Position numbers and translations under genes: made by a program. Of a DNA stretch of 10,143 bases, positions 1 through 5,828 are shown piece by piece. The notes beneath the pieces were generated by a model that searched no databases, was not told the origin of the DNA, and saw only the letters and a list, made by a program, of their open reading frames with translations. Numbering within the stretch: the first letter of the stretch is position 1; every line of letters starts with the position of its first letter. The stretch is from a candidate division WOR-3 bacterium. GTDB taxonomy: Bacteria; Hydrothermota; Hydrothermia; JBDRYB01. The stretch lies in the NCBI GenBank assembly GCA_049969615.1, contig JBMFOM010000072.1, positions 1-10,143 on the forward strand, read 5' to 3'.

Positions 1-14
1 TGAGAAAGTTTCAT
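1..14 (-). CDS. Probable 5' end of a divergently transcribed gene running off the window (MKLS...)
   Basis: The reverse complement of 1-30 reads GGAGG-AAAAAGAAAAA-ATG AAA CTT TCT CA: a perfect Shine-Dalgarno (26-30), an 11-nt A-rich spacer, then ATG at 14-12. Only 4 full codons are visible, so no product can be assigned. Confidence 0.5.
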
Positions 15-72
15 TTTTTCTTTTTCCTCCGGTTTCTTCTTTGGGCCGGGAGAATATTTTCATCCATCTTCG

Positions 73-161
73 TGTCCTTGGGCCATTACGGCCCCAAGGG
101 TTTCAGAGCTTTTGCTTGGAGGATAAGGGATTCAGGAGAAAAGAAAATGTGAGAACACAGG
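73..161 (+). repeat. Intergenic repeat element, copy A (inverted relative to copy B at 10055-10143), with a GC-rich hairpin at 76-99
   Basis: Ungapped manual alignment to the reverse complement of 10055-10143 gives 57/63 identity over 73-135 and 75/89 over 73-161. Hairpin: CCTTGGGCC-attac-GGCC(C)CAAGG. Confidence 0.93.
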
Positions 162-200
162 TGCCCGGAGGGTTGGACGGAACCACGCTCAATCACGCGC

Positions 201-230
201 TTGCCCGGCCCCGGCCCCGGCCTTTATAAT
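201..230 (+). promoter_or_regulatory. Sigma70-type promoter for rpsO-pnp
   Basis: TTGCCC (201-206), an 18-nt spacer, then a perfect TATAAT (225-230), 37 nt before the rpsO ATG. SD GAGGA at 257-261. Confidence 0.7.
204..221 (+). repeat. Perfect tandem repeat (CCCGGC)x3 within the rpsO promoter spacer
   Basis: CCCGGC at 204-209, 210-215 and 216-221, read directly from the sequence. Confidence 0.9.
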
Positions 231-267
231 TTCCCTAGAACCGAGAAAAGAGAGACGAGGATAGAAG

Positions 268-534
268 ATGCCAAGAAAGAAGGAAGAGGAAAAGGCTGAG
301 GTCAGCCTGGCTAGACACGAAAAGGACACGGGGTCACCAGAGGTTCAGATAGCGGCCCTCACGGCCAGGATAAAGGCCATGACAGAACATCTGAAACGAC
401 ACAGGAAGGATGTGCACTCCCGCTATAGCCTAGTCAAAATGGCCGCGCAAAGGAGAAAGCTTCTCCGATATTTGAAGGAAAACGATTTCGCCAAATACAG
501 GGAAGTGGTGCATTCTCTCGGACTCAGGGGGTAA
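268..534 (+). CDS. rpsO: 30S ribosomal protein S15 (uS15)
   Basis: 88 aa with the S15 signature [43 protein letters not shown] upstream, and it lies directly before pnp as in most bacteria. Confidence 0.98.
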   Translation: MPRKKEEEKAEVSLARHEKDTGSPEVQIAALTARIKAMTEHLKRHRKDVHSRYSLVKMAAQRRKLLRYLKENDFAKYREVVHSLGLRG

Positions 535-538
535 TCTA

Positions 539-2722
539 ATGGACCCTAAAAAACACACAACCCCATTGGGGGGAAGAATTCTCAGTTTGGAAACAGGAAC
601 GATGGCCAGGGGCGCGGATGCGTCCGTCCTGGTCAGCTATGGCGACACCGTGGCGCTTGTCGCGGTGACCACGAAACCGCCGGAGGAGAAGGTTGATTTT
701 CTGCCCCTCCTCGTGGAATACAGGGAACAGACATACGCCGCAGGCAAGATACCCGGCGGCTTCTTCAAGAGGGAAGGTAGGCCCCGCGACAGAGAGATAC
801 TATATGGCAGGGCAATAGACCGTAGCATCAGGCCCCAGTTCCCAGCGGGCATGATGGACGAGGTTGAGATAGTTGTGCTTTTGCTCTCCTATGATATGGA
901 GAACCCGGGCCTTCTGCCGGGCATAATCGGCGCGTCCACGGCGCTTTGCGCCTCCAGCCTGCCCTTTCCGGAGCCGCTTGGCGCGGCAACCATCGGTAGG
1001 ATGGATGGCCATCTGATCCTAAATCCCACCAACTCCCAGCTGGAGAAGAGCGATTTTGAGCTTCTGCTCGTGGGCAGACCGGGTTCCATATCCATGATAG
1101 AGTTTGGTGGCAGGGAGATACCGGAGCCGGAGCTCTGGGAAGCGGTGGAATTCGGAATGAAAGCAGTTGAACAGACCTACGACATGCAGAGAGAGTTCCT
1201 CTCCGGCCTCATTGTGGAAAAGAGGGAACCCACCTTTCTGCAGGTTCCAGACGAGCTTGCGCAACGCGTTGAGGAGCTTTACAGCACTAGGATCATAGAG
1301 GTCCTCCTCATGCAAGGCAGGAACGAGAGATACAGGGCCTTGGAGAACCTCGGAAAGGAAGCGGCCGAGACTTTGGCAGAGGAGTTCCCTGATCTATCAG
1401 TTGAGACAAAGTATCTCATCAATCAGCTCGCGGAAAGGCTTATGCGCGAATATGTAATCAGGGAGGGCAGGAGGGTTGATGGCAGGAGGCCAGACGAGCT
1501 CCGGCCGATAACATGCCAGCTTGGACTTTTGCCGAGGACCCACGGGTCGGCTCTTTTTACCAGGGGCGAGACCCAGGCCCTTGTGGTCACAACCCTGGGA
1601 ACCGAGGAGGATGTCCAGCGTCTTACAGAGCTTGAATACTACGAGGAGAAGCGCTTCATGCTCCACTACAACTTTCCTCCTTTCTCAACAGGGGAGGTAA
1701 GGGCAATGCGCGGGCCGGCCAGGCGTGAAATAGGGCACGGCGCTCTCGCTGAGAAGGCCCTTTCGGTTATGATGCCGGACACGGATAGATTCCCTTATAT
1801 CATAAGGATAGTTTCCGATATAACCGAGTCCAACGGCTCAACATCCATGGCCACAGTTTGCGGAGGTTCCCTTTCTCTCATGGACGCGGGAGTCCCCATA
1901 GAAAGGCATGTCGCAGGAATATCGGTTGGTCTAATAAAGGACGGGGGAAAGAATCTCCTTTTGACGGATATATTGGGGATGGAGGACCACTTCGGGGATA
2001 TGGACTTTAAGGTTGCCGGCACGGAGAGGGGTGTGAACGCCGTTCAGCTTGACCTTAAGCTTAGAGGCCTTGAGCCAGAGGTCCTCAGGTCCGCACTTGA
2101 GCGCGCCAGGGAAGTCCGTATGACCATATTGGACATAATGTCCTCGGCCATATCCAGACCTAGGGATGAGCTCTCCCGCTACGCGCCAAAGGTGGTCTCT
2201 TTCCCGGTGCCCTATGAAAAGATAGGCGACATAATAGGTTCTGGCGGCAGAACCATAAGGAGCATACAGGACGCGACCGGAACCAAGATAGAGATAAACG
2301 ATACGGATAGCAGGGTGATGATAGCCGGGGATGACATGGAACGCGTCAATGAAGCAAAACGCATAGTGGAGTCCATAGTGCGCGAACCAGAGATAGGCGA
2401 GACATACAAGGCAAAGGTCATCAAGATAACGAACTTTGGGGCGTTCGTGGAGCTTGCCCCAAAGAAAGAAGCCCTCCTGCACATATCCGACATAGCCTGG
2501 GAGAGGACACCGACGATTGAGGATGTCCTGAAGATCGGTGACATCGTTGAGGTAAAGGTAACGGAAATAGACCCAACAGGCAAGATCAAGGTCTCCCGAA
2601 AAGCCCTCCTACCGAAACCAGAGGGTTTCAAGGAGCGAGGAGCCGGGAAGACAGGCCGGACCTGCGGTGAGAGGCCCAGGAGGCCCGATAGGGATCGCAG
2701 TCATAGGAAACCTGAGAGGTAA
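539..2722 (+). CDS. pnp: Polyribonucleotide nucleotidyltransferase (PNPase)
   Basis: Motifs AAGKIPGGFFKREGRP, RTHGSALFTRGETQ, HYNFPPFSTGE, RREIGHG, SNGSTSMA and EDHFGDMDFKVAGT; KH domain (IIGSGGRTI); S1 domain (FGAFVEL...LLHISDI); basic C-terminal tail. Confidence 0.98.
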   Translation: MDPKKHTTPLGGRILSLETGTMARGADASVLVSYGDTVALVAVTTKPPEEKVDFLPLLVEYREQTYAAGKIPGGFFKREGRPRDREILYGRAIDRSIRPQFPAGMMDEVEIVVLLLSYDMENPGLLPGIIGASTALCASSLPFPEPLGAATIGRMDGHLILNPTNSQLEKSDFELLLVGRPGSISMIEFGGREIPEPELWEAVEFGMKAVEQTYDMQREFLSGLIVEKREPTFLQVPDELAQRVEELYSTRIIEVLLMQGRNERYRALENLGKEAAETLAEEFPDLSVETKYLINQLAERLMREYVIREGRRVDGRRPDELRPITCQLGLLPRTHGSALFTRGETQALVVTTLGTEEDVQRLTELEYYEEKRFMLHYNFPPFSTGEVRAMRGPARREIGHGALAEKALSVMMPDTDRFPYIIRIVSDITESNGSTSMATVCGGSLSLMDAGVPIERHVAGISVGLIKDGGKNLLLTDILGMEDHFGDMDFKVAGTERGVNAVQLDLKLRGLEPEVLRSALERAREVRMTILDIMSSAISRPRDELSRYAPKVVSFPVPYEKIGDIIGSGGRTIRSIQDATGTKIEINDTDSRVMIAGDDMERVNEAKRIVESIVREPEIGETYKAKVIKITNFGAFVELAPKKEALLHISDIAWERTPTIEDVLKIGDIVEVKVTEIDPTGKIKVSRKALLPKPEGFKERGAGKTGRTCGERPRRPDRDRSHRKPER

Positions 2723-2793
2723 TCTTGTTGTCGGTTATGGGTTATCGGGTATTGGAGGCCCCTGTGCCCACCTGGAAACGAGGAAACGCATAG

Positions 2794-3927
2794 TTGGCCT
2801 GGGATATACCGCTATTTGACACGAATTTTGGCCCGGAGGAAGAGGAGGCACTCGTTTCGGTCATAAGAAGGGGATGGGTTTCAGCCGGCCCTGAGACCCA
2901 GGAATTTGAGCGTGAATTCTCCGAATTTCTCGGCGGCCCTGAGGTGGTCTTTCTGTCCTCAGGGACTGCCTCGCTTCACCTGGCGCTTGCGGCAATAGGC
3001 ATAGGCCCCGGAGACGAGGTGATCGCCCCGGCCTTCACATACATAGCCACCTGTTCACCGGTTCTCTGGTTGGGTGCGACATTGAAGCTGGCAGATTCCG
3101 ATTCACTCCACAATCCCAACATATCCCCCCGGGTCATAGAAGGCCTCGTGAACGAGAGGACAAAGGCCGTAATATTCCTGCACTATGCTGGATTCTCCGA
3201 GGGTATAACCGAGGTTGCTGATTTTTGTGAGAGGAGGGGTATCCTGCTGATAGAGGACGCGGCCCATACCCACGGGTCCGTTTCAGGAGGCAAGAAGCCG
3301 GGAACCTTCGGGAAAACCGGTTGTTTCTCTTTCTTTGCGAACAAAAACATGACATCCGGGGAGGGGGGTGCGCTGGTAACCTTTGATACGGAGCTGGCCG
3401 AGAGGGTCAGGCGTATGGCCTCCCACGGAAGAACTGCCGCGGCCTGGGACAGGTTCAGGAACTCAGCGCTCAAGACCTACGATATAACCGAAATGGGCTA
3501 CAATTACAAGGCAACGGACATGCAGGCCGCGCTGGCGCGCGTTCAACTCAGGAAACTGCCAGAGGACAATCAGAGACGCGTTGAGCTCGTCAGGTTATAC
3601 CGCGATCTTCTCTCAGGCATCCCTGGCCTCATAATCCCGTTTGAAGACTACGAGAATTCTGCCAACTACATATTCCCGGTTGTCCTGCCGGAGGGTGTGG
3701 ACAGGCTCACTGTCATGGAAACTCTTGCAGGACACGGTATTCAAACATCGGTCCATTACCCCGCTGTTCACACATTCACCTATTACAAGAAGCTTTTCCC
3801 GGATCTGAGTTTGCCCACCTCGGAGGAGCTCAGTCGGCGGGAGCTCAGCCTCCCTCTTTATCCGCACATGGGCCAGAACAAGGTCATGGTTGTATCCGAA
3901 AGATTAAAACAAGCCATTTCCGGATGA
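2794..3927 (+). CDS. DegT/DnrJ/EryC1/StrS-family PLP-dependent NDP-sugar aminotransferase
   Basis: SSGTASLHLAL, GPGDEVI.PAFTY, IEDAAH, FSFFANKNMTSGEGG (PLP lysine), GYNY and LSLPLYP. TTG start with SD GAGGA at 2780-2784. The specific sugar substrate cannot be assigned. Confidence 0.93.
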   Translation: MAWDIPLFDTNFGPEEEEALVSVIRRGWVSAGPETQEFEREFSEFLGGPEVVFLSSGTASLHLALAAIGIGPGDEVIAPAFTYIATCSPVLWLGATLKLADSDSLHNPNISPRVIEGLVNERTKAVIFLHYAGFSEGITEVADFCERRGILLIEDAAHTHGSVSGGKKPGTFGKTGCFSFFANKNMTSGEGGALVTFDTELAERVRRMASHGRTAAAWDRFRNSALKTYDITEMGYNYKATDMQAALARVQLRKLPEDNQRRVELVRLYRDLLSGIPGLIIPFEDYENSANYIFPVVLPEGVDRLTVMETLAGHGIQTSVHYPAVHTFTYYKKLFPDLSLPTSEELSRRELSLPLYPHMGQNKVMVVSERLKQAISG

Positions 3928-4387
3928 AGCCGACGAGATTTCGGCCATATCTGGACTCCTCAAAACCCCGGACGAGATGGTGGTGGTTCTCCGGAAAGAT
4001 AAACCGGCGAGACATAGTTTCTCAGCTTGCTTGGCTTCGGGAAAACGGATTCGGTGGCGTGGAAATAGCCCGGAGAATATCTCACCGGACCCCACTAGGG
4101 TCGTTAAAACCCCTCCATTGTTTAAGGGAACCCAGATTCCGGATTACTGGTGCAGGGTGGATGGGGATGAAGCCTACATTTTCATTGCTCACCCGGCCTT
4201 CCGTGGTTTGTGCTATCCCATGAGATACGTCCAGTCCTCAGAGGCTATTGCTACCAAAAGAATGGTCAGGCTGAGATTTGGCAAATTTGACCGCGAGTTC
4301 CTTCTGGATTTCAGACCACAGCAATCAATACTCCTGAGAGTTTCCAGCGAGGGGCTTGATTTCATTGAATCCGTTTGGTCTTCCTGA
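3924..4387 (+). pseudogene. Remnant of a GH106 (alpha-L-rhamnosidase-like) glycoside hydrolase: N-terminal piece (3924-4070) joined out of frame to a probable C-terminal piece (about 4070-4387)
   Basis: The first frame gives KPRTRWWWFSGKINRRDIVSQLAWLRENGFGGVEIA, resembling the N-terminal P..RWWW..G..I...L......GFGGVEI motif of GH106-type enzymes, then reads as nonsense after 4070. A second frame then reads as natural protein (PPLFKGTQIPDYWCRVDGDEAYIFIAHP...LDFRPQQSILLRV) to TGA 4387. The ATG overlaps the aminotransferase stop (ATGA). Confidence 0.65.
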
Positions 4388-4406
4388 ATATTCAAATAAA
4401 TGAAAC

Positions 4407-4506
4407 CCCTGAAAAATCCCGGCGTGTCCTTGGTCCCTATCCGGGAGCCTTATCATAGCCAGAAGAGAACCCTGAGTAAATGCCCCTGTGAAGGGATTTT
4501 TCAGGG
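4407..4506. repeat. 14-bp perfect inverted repeat pair bounding a 100-bp non-coding unit (MITE-like or operator pair)
   Basis: CCCTGAAAAATCCC (4407-4420) and GGGATTTTTCAGGG (4493-4506) with a 72-nt spacer. The dinucleotide AC lies immediately outside both ends. Confidence 0.75.
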
Positions 4507-4613
4507 ACCCCTCTGAGAACCCTGTTCTCTTGGACAAAGTGTTCCTGGCTCAAACCAGTAGGTTATTACTACTTTATCAGAGTTCTCTACATGATCCTGC
4601 GCATGAAATGAGG

Positions 4614-4619
4614 TATAAT
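4614..4619 (+). promoter_or_regulatory. Candidate -10 box for a leaderless ion-channel transcript
   Basis: Perfect TATAAT with 6 nt between it and the in-frame GTG at 4626. No convincing -35 box. Confidence 0.4.
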
Positions 4620-4625
4620 TTGTTC

Positions 4626-5777
4626 GTGATCCTGGATATCGTAGAAACTATATTCTTCAGCTTGATAGCGCTAGGGTTCCTCTTCCTGGTTTATCTTAGC
4701 ATGGCCAGGAAATCGTGGGCCGCGAAGGACTACATGGGCATCCTGAGAGCCTTCCTTTTCCTCTGCTTCGTCTGGGTTTTCGGCGCAGTGATCATGCACC
4801 TTCTGGAATTCAGGTTCAATCACTTCTTTTCCTCCGTATTGGAATCCTTCTGGTCAATAGCAACATATCTCCTGTCCGGTTTTGAGGACAGGGGGCCAAA
4901 TACAGGTCCTGGCAGAGCAGCCGCGGTCCTGATAATGATAGGGGGTGTTTCGGTTGTCGCTTATCTAACGGGTGAGCTGGCCGCTTTTCTCACGGCCAAA
5001 AGAATGCAAAGGAGGCATGTCTTGAAAGAGGGAGAATATCTCATAGTTAACTGGAGCCTGAAAGGAGACAGGCTGGTGAAGGAACTCAACGCATATCACC
5101 GCGACGCGGGCAAGAAAGAACCCGAGATAATGGTGATCCATAACGGAAATGTGAAAACCGAGGTCTATCACCAACAGGACGAATACAAACGTGTCACATT
5201 CGTAGCCGGAGACGCTTTTGACAAGGGTTTCCTCCGATCTGTCCGCGCGCACAATGCGGCGAGGGTAATAATCCTGGCGGATGAGAACGATCTGGACTCG
5301 GACGGCGCGAACGCGCTGGTCACCCTTGGGATCAGGGCTCTCGCCAACGAGGAGGGAACCCATCCCTACATAATCGTTGAGGCCTTGAATCACAGGAAAT
5401 CCGGACACATCAAGGATGCCGGCGCTGACGAGGTGATATGCTTCACAGACTACCAGATGGGCCTCCTGGCTCAGACCTCAATAAGCCCCAGGATGTCAGA
5501 GGTTTATCTTGATCTCTTGACAGTTGGCCATACGGGAGCGGAAGATTGTGAGATTTACATGGTGACTGACATGAAGCCGGATTCCTGGAAAAGGTTCTTT
5601 GAGGGCAAATCATTCGCCGAGACAGCCAGGCAATTCCTTGAGCACGATCCACCCGCAATACTCATCGGGCTAAAGAGGGGAGACGGCGTAATGCTGAACC
5701 CAAAACCATCGGATTTCAGCACCTGGGAACAGGGGGACGCGCCCATTTTCGTGGCGTATGGCAGACCGGAAATATAG
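4626..5777 (+). CDS. Ion channel of the K+-channel 2TM pore fold with a C-terminal RCK (TrkA-N-like) domain and a non-canonical filter
   Basis: Extra N-terminal TM, M1 helix, pore segment FWSIATYLLSGFEDRGPNTGPGR, M2 helix, then RCK motifs (YLIVNWS.KG, FVAGD, A.RVIILAD, IIVEA, AGADEVI). The start is uncertain (GTG 4626 or ATG 4608). The ORF-track start at 4488 runs through repeat-containing intergenic DNA. Confidence 0.85.
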   Translation: MILDIVETIFFSLIALGFLFLVYLSMARKSWAAKDYMGILRAFLFLCFVWVFGAVIMHLLEFRFNHFFSSVLESFWSIATYLLSGFEDRGPNTGPGRAAAVLIMIGGVSVVAYLTGELAAFLTAKRMQRRHVLKEGEYLIVNWSLKGDRLVKELNAYHRDAGKKEPEIMVIHNGNVKTEVYHQQDEYKRVTFVAGDAFDKGFLRSVRAHNAARVIILADENDLDSDGANALVTLGIRALANEEGTHPYIIVEALNHRKSGHIKDAGADEVICFTDYQMGLLAQTSISPRMSEVYLDLLTVGHTGAEDCEIYMVTDMKPDSWKRFFEGKSFAETARQFLEHDPPAILIGLKRGDGVMLNPKPSDFSTWEQGDAPIFVAYGRPEI

Positions 5778-5794
5778 GCAACCCAAAGATCAAC

Positions 5795-5824
5795 TTGCAC
5801 GGGCCTGTGCGGTTTCTTTATCAT
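5795..5824 (+). promoter_or_regulatory. Candidate sigma70 promoter for a wza-wzc-peptidase-DUF2905 operon (probably leaderless)
   Basis: TTGCAC (5795-5800), 18 nt, TATCAT (5819-5824): the same geometry as the rpsO promoter. ATG 5829 and TTG 5832 follow within 4-7 nt, with no SD. Confidence 0.5.
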
Positions 5825-5828
5825 TTTA

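Noticed and set aside
60..125. Resemblance of the repeat's minus strand (GAAACC...GTAA...GGACACGAAG) to a c-di-GMP-I riboswitch
   Set aside because: Only a loose word match. The stem length is wrong, the loop is 5 nt and not a conserved GNRA in copy B, and no tetraloop-receptor stem is evident.
41..229. 62-aa + strand ORF (MGRENIF...RPRPRPL)
   Set aside because: It runs through repeat copy A and the rpsO promoter, has no SD, and its RPRPRP tail is only the translated CCCGGC repeat.
3977..4069. N-terminal 31 codons of the 136-aa ORF, and the 4071-4223 tail of the 99-aa ORF, as parts of independent genes
   Set aside because: Each is the off-frame reading of the other pseudogene fragment. One broken gene explains both ORFs.
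4488..4607. ORF-track N-terminal extension of the channel
   Set aside because: It overlaps the inverted and direct repeats and lies upstream of the TATAAT box. A start at 4608 or 4626 is more plausible.
5795..5827. Intrinsic terminator after the channel gene (GCACG-ggcc-TGTGC followed by a T-rich run)
   Set aside because: The stem is only about 5 bp with a G-U pair and the U-tract is interrupted. The same bases fit a promoter better, though a dual role is not excluded.
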